Source: Enoplolaimus lenunculus
Lineage: Eukaryota
Length of the DNA: 64,000 bases
Assembly (NCBI GenBank): GCA_030248215.1
Contig: JASANG010000245.1
Location: 124,001 to 188,000 of the forward strand
Reading direction: 5' to 3'
Shown here: positions 47,901-62,430 of the stretch, piece after piece
Position numbering within the stretch: the first letter of the stretch is position 1
Layout: every line of letters starts with the position of its first letter
Notes under the pieces: generated by a model
The model's input: the letters and a program-made list of their open reading frames with translations, nothing else
Database searches by the model: none
What the model was told of the DNA's origin: nothing
Made by a program: the position numbers and the translations under genes

Positions 47901-50569
47901 GATACCGCACCCTTAAGAAAATATGCTGCATATAAGCGTTTGACTACAATTTGTGTCTAAGGTTTAGAGCTGTTTATATGTGTCGTTAGATCACTTGGCT
48001 CATGGGACGGTAGTCATATGGGACAAAACTAACTCAAGGGTTCGTTTGTTTCAAGCGACAACTACCAATGTGTCCGTTTGTCTTATGTGAATTCTGCCCT
48101 TGGGTCAGAATACAGGTACCACCTATTCCCATCGTTGTCTTACAGTTAACCAGGTTAGAGCACTTTAATATAGTCATGTCATTTTTGGTGCGATTATATG
48201 TTTGAGTAAACAGCGTTGGACAACAACTTTGTCGAGGTTGACATTCGAATTTTTCCCATTCACACGTGGATATGAATTATAAATTAAACAGCGTAACGCG
48301 CTATTCACACGTGACAGTTTTTGCTGCGAGAATTTGCAGCTGCAACTTGCAGTTACGAGTTTTGTCCAAAATCCCGTTCGAAAAACGTGCAGCTACAAAT
48401 AATTCATTACAAATCATAGCTAGGAATTAAGTTCACATGTGTGAATAACCATGCAAGTTCACTGAATTTATTGTAGCCGCTTTTTCATTGGCTGATGAAA
48501 AAATGCAAGTTCTGTGTGTAATGTGCAGCTGAAAGTTCTCGCAGCAAAAACTTGCACGTGTAAATTGTGTTTTATTGTTTAAAATATACTGCTGTTTTTG
48601 ATTCTTTTTAAAGCTGGCATTGTTGGGCTTGTAACTTTCTCTCAAAGTAATAATTGAGGTTATAGACGTTTACATACTAATATTTGATTGGAGTTAAGTT
48701 GTTAACTTTCTCACATTCTCCAGTAAATGAATTGTACCCCTAGGTTTAATTAGAGGTTTCGGTTCGAATTTTATAGCAACAAGAGCGGATACGTTTAGAT
48801 ATATACCGGATACATTACATGTATGCAATTAACTCTTTAAAGCGGATGTTGCGTAAATTTACAGCTTATAATATTTGGTTGTTACTAGGACAAAGAGGTT
48901 TTTTGTTCTTTTTCTCGTATTTTCAGAAATCACAATAACCTTGAAAAAATTTACACTCGGCAGCCGGTTGGGGGGGATACATCCACCATCGCTTCCCCTG
49001 AATCGGCCTTTGACCGGATTCGCCTACGCTATCTGTAGCAAAATAAACCTGACTTACCTTCGTTTATCTTGAATATAAAGACTAAAAGCTAAATTAGCAT
49101 TTTAGTAATAACATAAGCAATACTTTGATAAACGCATATAGAGATTGTTACTAAAGATCATGTTCTTAGGAAGTATAAGCCCTACTTTTGCCATATCAAA
49201 ACAGTTTATCATACGTTAATAACGTCATCGGTTTGCGGTTAAACCTGAACCCTTATATACTTATTGTAATTAAAATAACAATGTCTCGTTCCGACCGCGG
49301 TAAAAGCATAAAACAATGACACGTGGGAGCTTATATCAAACCTGAAAATGTACAGGATAACCAACGAAGGTTTTGGCGTTTACTATTTTATGGTACAAAG
49401 AGTGGATAATCGCTATTTTATAAGAGTGTGCAACTGAACACATTCTGTGTAGAAAAGAATGTACCCGGCACGCGTTGCATTTTTTCGTATCCCCCACTTT
49501 ATTTAGAGGGGGGTACAACCGGTGCGAACCATGACACTTTATGTATGCGGCGTCAAACATGCTCTCGTTATAGTGTAATTTAGGGGTATTTATGTGATAG
49601 CGACGCTCTGGATCAAGGAACGTAGGTAGTTTCTCTTGGTGAAAATTAGCCGTGCTATCTATGTTTATATAAAAATTTAGGCCCATGTTAGTTTTAGGGG
49701 CGTCCAGGTTTCTGGCGGGTCTATTAAAGAGTAGGCTTAGATTCTAGATTACATTTTTTGCTTAGGCTTAGGCTTAGGAACACATCTTTGCCATGCTTAG
49801 GCTTAGGCTTAGGAGTACGCTTAATCTACTGTTACGCTCCTAAAAGTAACAGGCCCAAGTTTTTTATATTTCAAAATAAAAAAACAATAGTAACGTTTTA
49901 CACCAGAGTAGCCAAAATTATTTTAGTTCAAACGGATATATTAATTTAAAGTTGTATCTTGAACAAATTTCCAGAAACTTTAGCCCTGGTTAAGCTTAAC
50001 GGCCCATGTAAAGATCAGGGGCGGAACGTTTTTCTGTGGTACTGCAATAGAGTAAGCTTAAGCTTTAGACTATATTTTGCTTGGCTAGGCTTAATCTGAG
50101 GCTTAGGCTTAGGAATATGATCATTCTTAACGCTTAGGCTTTAGGCTTAGGCTTAGGCTTAGGCTTATTAATATGCTCATTCTTCCGTGTAGCGCCAGCT
50201 TAACTTACCAAATATAATATTTCAAAATTTATTATCAATGCTTACGATAGAAATTTTAATCATCAGATAAATTTAAAACGGAAAAACTCATAATCTGCTA
50301 TTCAAATACACGAAGCTTACAAGTAAAGCGATATGAGCTTAAAGATACAAAACTTTACGCAAATGAAACAACGTACACCGGTCGTTGACGCACTAAAGAG
50401 ACGGGTTATTAATCAATATGCCAGTATCAGCAGACTGATTACAAAATTTAAAATCCTTACGGTTTACCAACAGATATCGATTGAATATTTGACAACTTAA
50501 TTTCAATCTAAATACTCTACTAATACGTATACTTCTGACTTGTCAAGTTCTTAAGTATACTTAAAGCTT

Positions 50570-51360
50570 ATCCTATGTAATCATCAATATTTATATATAT
50601 TTATACATATTTGTATATATTTATATATATCTGTCCATATTTGTATATATTTATATATATTTGTACATATATATTTATATATATATTTGTATATATATTT
50701 ATACATATTTCTCCCCCCTTGTTATTCGGTTACGGACTGTTATTTATTTTTAACCCGCCATCCGCCGTCCTTCGTTAATGATATATATTCGGTACTGCAA
50801 CTGTCCGTTGAATTAAACGTTTGGGCGATAATGCAATGATATACTTAAGAATGTACTTCAAAATTTAAGTATATACGCTTTAAAGTTTCGAACTCAAATT
50901 ATTTGGGCCTGGAGTGCTTTATGCGCTACAGTTTGGGATAATTGACATTTATGGACTCTATTTAGGGTTTAGGGACTTTATCCGCTTACGGACTCTTATT
51001 AGGGATACGGACTCCTATTGATTGGTAATCAAAATGGGGACCCCCTCTTATTACCCCCTCATAAACGGGTCAATACAGTACAAATATATATAAATATATA
51101 CTAATATGTATAAATATATATTTATATTAATTTATATATATTTTTACATATATTTATAGATATATAAAAATATATACAAATATATATAAATATATGTACA
51201 AATATATATAAATATGTATAAATATAATATTTACACATATTTGCATATATTTATATATATTTGTATATATATTTATATATATTTGTATTAATATATAATA
51301 TATTTATATATAAATATATATTCATATATAAATATATATAAAAATATATATAATATACCA
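50570..51360. repeat. AT-rich low-complexity (TA)n-like tract interrupted by a family D MITE
   Basis: Direct reading; smaller (TA)n tracts at about 4505-4560 and 41210-41280. Confidence 0.9.
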
Positions 51361-52945
51361 TTCAATAGCGTAACTACAGACGAAAATAACAAAATAACCT
51401 TTTAAGGATTAAAAAGCTGAATGTGTTACAATATTCGGCTTACTCGTCCCGGATACAAAATTACCTGAAGGTACCTGTATAAGCTTTTGAAGACACGATT
51501 TGACAATATTTTGGCATACCATTTCAACGAAACTACTTTTATATGATGCAGATTGGTGTTCTTATTGTTTGACAAAGTAATGATATTCGCTGTTGTATGC
51601 GAGAACATTCAAGTCTACCGTATTGATCTTTTTAGATTAATACTTCGACTCTCATAACGGTTCAACTACGCAAGCAGGTAAACAAACGTACCAAAACAAG
51701 CCCTGGGCAAAGGGCGCCGTTCAATCAAACAATTTCAAGCACAGACCCTACTTTAAGATGTTTTTATTTCTTTAAACTTGAGATATTCAACGAGTTCATG
51801 TGCCAGTCAAAATAAACTTTGGCATCGGCCGGATCTTTGACCGTATACCAAGTTGTAGACTACTTAATCGAAGCGAATACACTTCAAAAAATGGTGAGTC
51901 AAATTGGCTAATTTCCGAAATCGGCTTTTTCGGACGAACACAAACTGGGGTCAAAATCGACTCCGCCAGAGTCAAAGTGACTTAGTAAATCGAATTTGAC
52001 TCTGGCGGAGTTGAATTTTGACTCGGTTTGCGTTAGTCCGGAAAAGCCTATTTCAGAGCTAGTCAATTTGACTCACCATTTTTTTGGCAGTGTAGATGTA
52101 ATTCATACGATAATACATATTTAAGCAAGCGAAAACAGAGTCACCGCCCGAAGACAGGGTCGACAAAACAACGCTGGTTTGTAATGAAACCGTTTAAAAC
52201 AATTTCACAGTTCAAATTTGCAAATTATAAACCAAAAACAATTAGTTTATATTACTTTCATTTATTGCAATTGCAAGCAGTTTTATTAGCATAGCAATTT
52301 CTCATCCTAACGAAGCTATCAGTGTGCGCTTTTTTTTCTGGTCAAATCAGTATTGCACATTTGATTCGCGGTGCAATAAAGTGAATCATTTGAAGTTGTA
52401 AAATTTGAAAATAGCACAATCTGTCGTTTGCGATTAACATTTCGAAGGAATTGGACGGATAAATGCGAGCTGACACAAAAACGAACGACGTTTCGGCGTC
52501 ACAAGTATTGCAGGAATCGAAACCAAAATTTTGTATTATACACTGCAAAAAATGGTGGGTCAAATTGACTCTCTCGGAAATAGGCTTTTCATGACTACAC
52601 AAACTGAATCAAAGTTCGACTCCACCAGAGTCAAATTCGAGTCACTGAATCAATCAGTGAGTCGAATTTGACTCTGGCGGAGTCGAATTTGACTCAGTTT
52701 GCGTAGTCAGCAAAAGCCTATTTCCGAGAGAGTCAATTTGACTAACAATTTTTTACAGTGTACAATTGTAGTACTGAAATTGGCATTTGGCTTCACCCAA
52801 ACGAAATTTTAACCTGCCATTTAAAATTTATTACAGATCGCAGTTGTCTGCTCGAAAAGCTGTTATAAACGGTTGTGAATCTAGCAGTTTCAAACGAACG
52901 TGGTTGCGCAATATATCAATAGTGCCGGAAGCTCACGAGCGAAGC

Positions 52946-53467
52946 GGCCAAGGTAAAGAACTTGGGCGAAACAGTATTATGAGCATATCCATAAGCCTAA
53001 GCCTAAGCCTAAGCCTAAGCGCAAGCCTAAGCCTAAGCGTACGAATGAGTATATTCCTAAGCCTAAGATTAAGCCTAAGCGCAAGCCTAAGCCTATGCGT
53101 ACGAATGAGTATATTCCTAAGCCTAAGATTAAGCCTAAGCGCAAGCCTAAGCCTAAGCGTACGAATGAGTATATTCCTAAGCCTAAGATTAAGCCTAAGC
53201 GCAAGCCTAAGCCTAAGCGTACGAATGAGTATATTCCTAAGCCTAAGATTAAGCCTAAGCGCAAGCCTAAGCCTAAGCGTACGAATGAGTATATTCCTAA
53301 GCCTAAGATTAAGCCTAAGCGCAAGCCTAAGCCTAAGCGTACGAATGAGTATATTCCTAAGCCTAAGCCTAAGCCTAACCCAAACAAAAAAAATTAGTCT
53401 AAAGCTTAAGCTTACTCTATTGCAGTCCCACAGAAAAACGTTCCGCTCCCGATCTTGTACATGGGCC
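52946..53467. mobile_element. Merlin-like MITE type A with an expanded internal 60-bp higher-order repeat (5 near-identical units, 53041-53340)
   Basis: Perfect 8-bp TSD agcgaagc; TIRs at both ends. Confidence 0.85.
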
Positions 53468-56400
53468 AGCGAAGCGAACAAAAAGCCAAACGCAATTTTA
53501 GTACTGCATTTCAAATACAATATTTCCGTTTTGATACTGTCAGCGGACCTACTGACTCCCATTGGATCTGCCAACGATAACTGCCGTAATCATCCTATGG
53601 GTTCTTTAGGAATATATGTATTTTGGGATTATCTGGTTTGTAAGGTAGGACAGATACGACCTGACGCACTAACACTGACTGCCTGCATCTTAAGTAAATT
53701 TGACCGCTTGAATGATTTTAAAATGAGAAAATATTGGAACAAAAAGGTGTTTGACGTTATATGATTTTTTTGCTTATGAAAGATAAGGTAAACAATCAGT
53801 AAATGCGTTAAACTGTGAAAATATCCGTGTTTTATTAACATATAAATTGATGTATTAATTGATCAAAATAACTTAGCTAAGATACTATTTGCATCTATTA
53901 GTTCCGGGTTTGTCTGGCTGACGTCACAGATTAATGCTCTCGTGAATATAACAAGTTGTGATAACTCGAAAGCTTTAGCCCTATGTTGCGTAAGGTCCTC
54001 AATTTAGGTTTCTGTTTAGGGCCCGTATTCTCAAATGCATATAGCACTTATCTACCAAATAGCTTTCCAAACTAACAAACTGCTGCAATTGCAAATCTCT
54101 AAATTTGCACAACAGTAAAGTATATGAAATGCGATAAATGTGTTGAATTTACAAAACCTCATATTTCCCTCGTTCGAAAGTCACAAGACCTACCGGTATT
54201 AGGTGCTACACACATTTGAGAATACGGGCTTAGGTTTAAGCTTAAGTTAACATTAACGCTCAATTTCGGCTGAAAGGACATTATAACAAACCGAAATCAT
54301 TTTTCAATCCGACGTTAAATCTAAACGAGTTATAATCCGGAATGAGGTTGAACCGCGGGTTCAACTGGAAGAAAAAGTAAAAGTAAACCTTGAAAAATAC
54401 AAATCCGCAATTATAATTGCTTAATGACAAATTACAACCGACCGTTTCCTTCCAGTTCCGCAAAACAACATCGTTTGGCCCCGGATACGCCGGAACTTTT
54501 TCAAAATCAACCGGAAAGTTGAGCAGCGGACAATATTGGCATTTTTATAAGCTTTAATTGCGTGATTTTTCAAAGAAAGAAGTTAAATAGAAATTTTTTG
54601 GCAACTTTTCGGTGATGATTGTTAAAAGTAAACAATTTCTGAATTATTTTGATTACCTGTGTTCGATTTACATCCGGTTCCGGCAAAATTTATTGACCCC
54701 TGCTCCGCGTTAGAGTTGCTTACGTCCGTAACCATTGTAGCCCAATCATCGTCTACAATCTGGTCTCAAAGTGGTCAATTCAGTAACTTAGACGTGTTCA
54801 CACTTTCTAAGAAGCGATGGGGCTGATCAAGCCACAATCGGTCAAAGCGAACAATACAAAACTATTTTAAACACGATTAAAGCTTAAAAGTAAAAAGTAA
54901 ATACGCGAAAACAGTGGCTGCATTTTGCTAAATTTTGACTTCACCTAAACAGAAATGCATCAGGTCACTTTTTAGCCTTAATCCAATTGATATCGGGCAA
55001 TGAGCTGGTTTAGACGTTTCGGGTCCTAATAAACCCGTCAAGATTTTATCTTTCAAAAGTTGGACGGGATCAAAAACACCTACCAAGTTTTACACTCAGA
55101 AAATGTTGGGGTCAGTGACCAAGTTTTACACTCAGAAAATGTTGGGGTCAGTGACCCCCTCTCAGGATTGGCGCCCATAACGCAGTTTAGCTGAAACCAA
55201 TCCATATACCGCATCTACTTTGGCTAACCACTGTGACAATTGCTACAGAAATGGTGCCACAATTACGACATATAATAATATTTGTAATGTCATAATGAAT
55301 TCAAAACATTTTTCACGCATTCGCTTTTGTCGGCCCATGTAAAGATCAGGGGCGGAACGTTTTTCTGTCGGACTGGAATAGATTTTTAGTTTAAGCTTTA
55401 GACTACTTTTTTTAGTTGGGTTAGGCTTCGGCTTCGGCTTAGGCTTTTAATATGCTCATTTTTACGCTTTAGTGTCAGGCTTAGGCTTAGACTTAGCATT
55501 AGAAAAATGCTTATAATGTTGATCCGCCTCTGTTCTTTACATTGGCCGCTTAAGCTGATACAATTGTAAGCAACATGACATCAGCGGCATTGACGGCGTG
55601 CACGCTACGAGAGAATGCATATTACTCATTGCACACTTGCAATTTTTGTTGCAAAACGTAATAAGCAACAAATTCGTTTCTAAAGCGTGCAAACCTAAAA
55701 TAAACGCCAGTGACAGATTTTACGGGACTTGGGTCGGTAATAAAACACCAAAAACCTCGGAAACAAGCATGCGAAGCCAAACGCAATTTGAGTACTAAAT
55801 CTTAAAAAATTGCATCTCTGGTCCGACGCATCGGCCTGGCTCGTGAACCCCTTGGATGGCGGCAACTGTGAATTTCCGCTTGCAAGTTTTAGTATCCTTG
55901 TTTGTCGATACATCTCGCTGTCGGTAATCAGTTTTGTTTTATAAAGTTTCAATTTTCTCACGATCAAAAAACACTAAATTTAAGAGCGCGAGAGATAGAG
56001 ACATGAAAAAATGTGTAGTTGGTGTTGTTGTTTCTGTGACTTTGCGGTGTTTAAAAAGTATAAATTACGTTTTAAAATGATGCCTTAATTAGGTTCAATT
56101 AATATTAACGTTGTCAAAACTTGTGTCGGCAAAACACTTTTTAAAGTGTTCACGTGTCGGCGTTGTTGTGAAAACGTCCCATATTTAAGACGGACTCACG
56201 GCCGTCCCTGCACGAACGGAGCATTTGGGATGCCGTCCGCCGCCACCAGATCTGGCTAGTGTCCTTACAAACCTTGACTTGGTCTAAAAGTAAACAATCT
56301 TGAGTTGCAATTGTTTGGAGCGGCTCCAAAATTACTCGGTGCACTCTCCTGAAGCCTAAGTTTTAGCAGACGGCCAGGAGAATAATTGTTGATGGACGGA

Positions 56401-56719
56401 GTAACAAGATTTATTGCCAGCGCAAAGGCAAAATTAGCAAACAAAAGTGTGCTAACTTAAAATTCGTTTTAATGCCTGAATTTTGAAGCAGGGGCGAAGA
56501 TGTTCGTACTGGGGTCGATCTTTGCCGCTCGCAATTGCAGTCCAAGTTAAGTACTGGTAGATAAGGAGGTTAAAACAACCTTGAGGGGCCCTTTGGTGAA
56601 CCATATATTCACCATTTACTCAAATTTTGGTATTATAAACGTTCAATTTCGTACGATTTGGCTACAGTATTAAAGGGCTTTTGAATATAAAGCCTTTTTT
56701 GAAAATTTGTATAATTTAA

Positions 56720-56985
56720 CCCTTTCACTCATAGAGTATACTACGAGCAACTAAATATACAAATAACAGGTATACAAGGCAATACAGACCCTGTTAGCTG
56801 TACATTTCTAACATGTATGCACTGTGCAAAATCACCATAGGACGTGCGAGTGACCTCGGGCTCAAGCGTCAAGCTCCTATAGCTCAGTGGTCATCGTAAA
56901 CGCCTCCCATCCGAAAAACTGAGGGTCGGATCTTACCTTGAAATTACATCTCATATCAAATTGAACATATTCATATAAGAAAGGG
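56720..56985 (+). mobile_element. piggyBac-like tRNA-module MITE
   Basis: TTAA|ccctttcactcat ... agaaaggg|TTAA; gctcctatagctcagtgg at 56873. Confidence 0.8.
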
Positions 56986-59464
56986 TTAATAATTACCTAA
57001 TGAAACGACTTCGCAGGTCCAACCAGGGTGTATAATCAACAGTAATCAAAACCAAAATTTGGTTTTGAGATTTCTAGTAAACGGATTATGATTGGATAAA
57101 TCACTGTCTTGAAGATCGATGATGATTGGTTACAAATTTCTAAATTCACCACTGATTGCAAACTGTGTATAAATTACAATAGTAAATTGCAAAAATATTG
57201 CTACTCACAACTTCACAGCTCTATAATCAACTCGACACTCATCACAGCATTCAAATCAAGGAAAAATTTTGGGCTGGAAAATCAACTGTCATAGCATCGT
57301 TGGCAAGCTTTAAAGTTAAAATTCAAAATTTGTAACAGACAAAGGTACTCCAAGGAATATTTGGCTTGGCGCTATTGTTCTGAGAGATAGCCATCGTGGC
57401 TGAATTTTAAGTTTATTTTTGTCAAGTTTATATTGTTTATCTGTAATATTAATGTTAACGTTTTCAATCTGTTGCAATAATACTTGTTACAGTAACACTG
57501 TGAAAGGCGTGTCGTTAAACTCGCGTCTGTTGAGCTTATGGGAATTGTGGCGTTCATTGTTTAACGAGAGTGAGCAACACTGATTCAAACGAGTAGGTTG
57601 CTCCACCCCAAAAGTATAAATTCTTTTGTTCGAATATCGACAGTTTCTCTCGTATCGCGTAATCCCTGGGGGTGGGCAAGATTGAAAAGTTAAAAGCATT
57701 TGTAATATTTTCAACCGCTTAATTTGTTAACAGCAAAAATTATCTGGGGTGGAAAACAAAAGTATATGCAAACTGCGGTCAGCGTTTTTAATTGATGTTT
57801 ATCGAACGTCCACACTGTAAATCCCAGTGAGTTGATTTGAACGGCCCATGTAAAGATCACGGGCGGTACGTTTTTCTATGGGACTAGAAAAGAGTAACCT
57901 TAAGCTTTAGATTGTTTTTTTGCTAGGCTTAGGCTTAGGCTTAGTAATACGGTCATTCTTACGCTTATGTTTAGGCTTAGTAATATGCTTATTATACTGT
58001 TCCGTTACATTGGTCGTTTTTACTCAGAATGACTGGAATCACAGAGTCTGAGTTAAGACGTTCAGAACTCAAAGTTCTGAGTAAAAAAAAACTCAGTCTA
58101 ACTTAATCATTCAACTTTACTCTGAATAAACTGAACTCAGAGTGAGAATCAACTCAACTGAAAGTGAGTTAAAGTTAACTGCCATTAACTCAGAAACAAC
58201 TAACTCTCCAGCTGAGTTGATTAATCAATTTTAAGTGGAATTTACAGTGTATTTATTTGTTTACATATACATGAACAATCCGATTCTACGATGGTAACAG
58301 TTACAAATTTGAAAAAATTATATAATGCTTTTGAACTTAACTACTAAACATGGTAACTTCAAATTTTTTAGTTTGAAACAAATACCATAACTTCTATTAC
58401 CCACCAGCATGCGTTCTATGCCAAACAACTTCCACTCCAATATGTATAGTTGAGCGGCGAGATTCGTCAGACTGCAATAGAGCAAGTTTTAGCTTTTGAT
58501 TTGCTTCTTAGGCTTAGGCATAGGCTTTAGTTTTCGGGTTATCCTTGCGCTGAGCGTTGGGTTTTAGGCTAAGGCTTAAATTTAGTCTTAAAAATATACT
58601 TAAACTACTATTACGGCCTTCAGCTGTAGGTAATTTTAGTTGAATTTTTTAAACCAAACTTTCACTTAGGGTACTGCTATGCTTGTTGTGTGGGGCAGTG
58701 CGCCGAAAGCATTTCAATTTTTCTATTTATTAGTCGGTTTGCAACTGCGCCTGAAGCCATTAAAATATTCAAAACGTACAGCATTTCTCTCAAAGTAAGT
58801 ACTATCATCAGCTTTTTGCAGCTTACTTGTTAATAAACGCCAGATTTTAACACAATACTCTTGATCAAAACGTATTAACAAACCAGCTTTGGCCTGTTAA
58901 TCGTGTGATTTACATGCTTAAACCTTGAGTATTAAGCTTGATTTCAATTATTTTTAGATACCCTTCCATGTTTACTACTTCAAACTTAGCGCTGCCGTGT
59001 GTGCTAAAAGTAATTAATTCCGGCAAAAGGTTTGTACGTAACGTACGTTTTGAAGCTGATGAAGTTTGCATTGCAAGGATTATAATCTTTAGCAGAAATT
59101 GTTTAAAACATTTGAAGTGTGATATTGATTGAAAGATGGTTAATACGTAGAAAATCAATATGGTAATACCTATAATCGGTGTTATTGTTAACCTCCATTT
59201 GATAGAATTTATAATCAAAATATGACGTACATATATATTCGAGCCTAAACTGGTTCAAAATATGCTAATCTGTAATTTACCAATTGGTCAAAGATTAACG
59301 GCACATATATAGAACAAGTCCGGAACAGTAGTATAAGCATATTTGTAAGCCAAAGCATATTACTATTAGGGCTTTTGTCTTGTAATATCAGTAAAATTGA
59401 AATTTGTTACAAAATTTAAGCAATTTGTGATGTAAAAACAATCCATATTCATGCATGCATCTGT

Positions 59465-59528
59465 TAAGGGTTGCGCTACGCTTGACGTTCGGCGTCGAAC
59501 GTCAACGCAAGTATAGCGTAACCCTTAA
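59465..59528. mobile_element. Minimal hairpin MITE (TIRs only); longer relative at about 7725-7917
   Basis: taagggttgcgcta..cttg / caagtatagcgtaaccctta. Confidence 0.6.
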
Positions 59529-61929
59529 ACGCACATGCGTCCGTTATTTGTGAAACTATCACATAGTTTGCCCTTGAAACTGGCTAAAAAATGTGTTAAA
59601 ACAATTTATTGCGCAACAAAATTTGTCACTTCAAAATGATCTCGATGCTGCTGAAAAACAGATTCGAGGCTGTAATAAAGTATATTTTTCAGTTTTGCTC
59701 AAAATGAAAAATATTCGTAAAAGTTTTGTTAAGTATTTTAAACATTTTCTCACGAATTAAAATTAATTTTTACTACCAGGAAACTTTCGTCGGCGAAAAA
59801 AAAACTGCCGAAGTTGGGTTTGCTGTGTAAGTTGCATTACAAAACTAATTGGTTGATATGCATACTATGCAAACAATGGTGAGTTAAATTGACTCTCTGA
59901 AATAGGTTCTACGAGACTACACAAACTGAGTCAAAATTCGACTACTCCACCAGAGTCAAATTCGACACACTAATTCGTACGTTTGACTCTGGCAGAGTCA
60001 AATTTTGACTCAGTTGGTGTACTTAGACATGTAGAGCCTTAAGTACTTAAAATGACAAAATTTTTTGCTAAATTATAAAGTAATTGCTACGCAAACTAAT
60101 TCATTATTGCAGTTAAAATCAGTATCTCAATTTCAAACTTAAAAACAGTACCAGCGTCTCTAAAAGATATACAAATATTATTAATCCACTGCAAAAAATG
60201 GTGAGCCAAATTGACTCTCTTCTAAACAAGCTCTACGAGAATGCACAAATTGAGTCATATTCGACTCTGACATAGTCACATTTGGCTCACTGCGTGGTAC
60301 ATTTGACTCTAGCGGAGTCAAATTTGACTCAGTCTCGTAAAGCTTGTTTCGTAGTGAGAGTAAATTTGACTCACCATTTTTTGCAGTGTACTAGCACAAA
60401 AATATACGGTTTTAAACCAATAATCTTGCTATTTCCAACGTTTATAACCATTTAATCCATTACTTCATTTTTTATCTCGAAATCTACTTACATAGGCACA
60501 ATCGTGTACTTTTACGTGTGTATTTTTCGAAATTAATATACAACATTTATCCGTTTTTCGTTTACTCAAAATCACTGCGATCGTCAAAACTTTTCAACGA
60601 CGCAATTTTGTAAAACCATTCAAATTATATTTGTAAAATATTTAATATTTCTTAAATTGAAAAATTATAAAACAGTTAATGTATATATATTTTTGTTGAA
60701 AAATTTCATACAAAAGCTAAGCGTATAAAAGTTTGAAATCGAATACGGATCGCGAAAATTAAAAACGAGTCCCTTGAGGATTTTAACAATTTTAAGTTTA
60801 CATCACAACTGTTTGATAGGATACACGCCAATATTGATGAGCGTTTGGGCTTATAGAGTCAATGTTTTTTTGTAGAAATATATCCCAATGATGAAAATTC
60901 CATCATTTATGTTTTTAGCACCAAAACATCGGATGAAACACTGATTGAACGGCATTCGCTGAGTGGTATTTTTGAACTTTTCAAATGAACAAAGAACACA
61001 AATTATTTTTAATATTCAAATTTGATATACAAAATTTGATGGCGTGAAAAACCCCAGTTTTGAATCTACAGTAGAAAATACCGTTAAACGAATATTTAGG
61101 ACAGTCAAATTAAACTTTACTTGACAAATTATTCATTGTGAGAGTGTACATTGTGATGAATTTAGGAAATTTTATTGCGCAACAGAGCTGACTTGATTGC
61201 TTGAGAGTGCATGAACGAGATATTTAACATGTATATTAACAAAAGTAAATGTTTAAAAGGTTTTGATAAATATTCGACTTATAGAACATACTAGTAAACC
61301 GTTGTTAAACACACCAGCAACTCTCCTATTATACTGGGCTTTGGTATATGTTCAAAAGTAGTTGTTTTTAAGCACGTCTTGTGCAAGCTTTGAAACTTAA
61401 GTGACAACTTAAACAACCAAATCATCGTTTCAATGTACGTATACAACATATTGAAACAGCAAAAAATATTTAAACAGAATACTTGTTTTCAATCCGAAGG
61501 TTCTGTAATTTACATATAATCATAGGGACACGGTAGTGTCACCTATTATATGTTTCGCTCAAAGTGTAAATTTTTATGTTTTGGCATATAAAATTGTGGC
61601 TAATGCAGATATGCCTGATGCACTTTAGGTTTTGATTGAAAACCAGTTGCCAACTGTTTCAAACAATCTGTTCAAGGTATATTAGGATCTAAACAAACGC
61701 AAACAATTTCTGAAAAATTAACCTTAGTAATCTCAGCATATTAAGCACACCCGCGTGATAAATTTTAGGTAATAACTGAACTTGATAAGCACTATTGCAT
61801 AGGCATATAAGGATACGATAACACTGTTGCAAAAAGGTTAATATATCGATTGTTTTTTTAAACTTTTATAGTAAACACATATGTTACTAGGTATAGCAAA
61901 CATATACATAGCTAGTAACAAGATTGTTA

Positions 61930-62430
61930 GTCCAGGTGAAAACAGGGACTTCATAATTTTTAACCAAGCAGCTGGATAAGCAGGGGGAACCGGTTATTCA
62001 GACCTTTGAACTAAGCAGTTGGAAAAACGGGCCTCCACAGCCGGGATCAATTAGCCTACGGATCCTTAAACGAATACTCTACCACTGCGCCGCGCAACCC
62101 GCCTCTTCAACTGCGCTATACGTGTCGACCGTTTGCTGCCAGCTCCCGTGACCGTCCACCCTATTCTCGACTGAATACCGTGTTCATACCACGGCGGCCT
62201 ACCATTATGTTCACGGAGTATCCTCCATGTCAGTTTAGGTAGGAACCGGGAATTCATCGAAACCTCAGCCTACGGATCCTTAAACAAATACTCTACCACT
62301 GGGTTTGAACTAAGCAGTTGGAAGAGTGGACCTCCAGAGCGGGAATCGAAATCTCAGCCTACGGATCCTTAAGCGAATACTCTACCACTGCGCCGCGCAC
62401 TTGCCTATCCAACTGCATTTTTCGTCGATT
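61930..62430 (-). mobile_element. Cluster of tRNA-like cassettes (2 full, 1 partial) related in their flanks to the 587-780 repeat
   Basis: Shared cagacct.tg.actaagcagttggaa and gcctctccaactgc...gtgtcgaccgt flanks; minus-strand ggcgcagtggtag (A box) and ttcgattcc (B box). Confidence 0.6.

Noticed and set aside
52787..53764. 325-aa and similar LSLSL/LRLRL/PKPKP ORFs (also near 1262-1740, 13309-13714, 18846-19077, 38823-39322, 46640-46990)
   Set aside because: Artefacts of hexamer arrays that lack stops in some frames, inside MITEs bounded by TIRs and TSDs
55082..55156. 36-bp direct duplication
   Set aside because: Simple local slippage with no further structure
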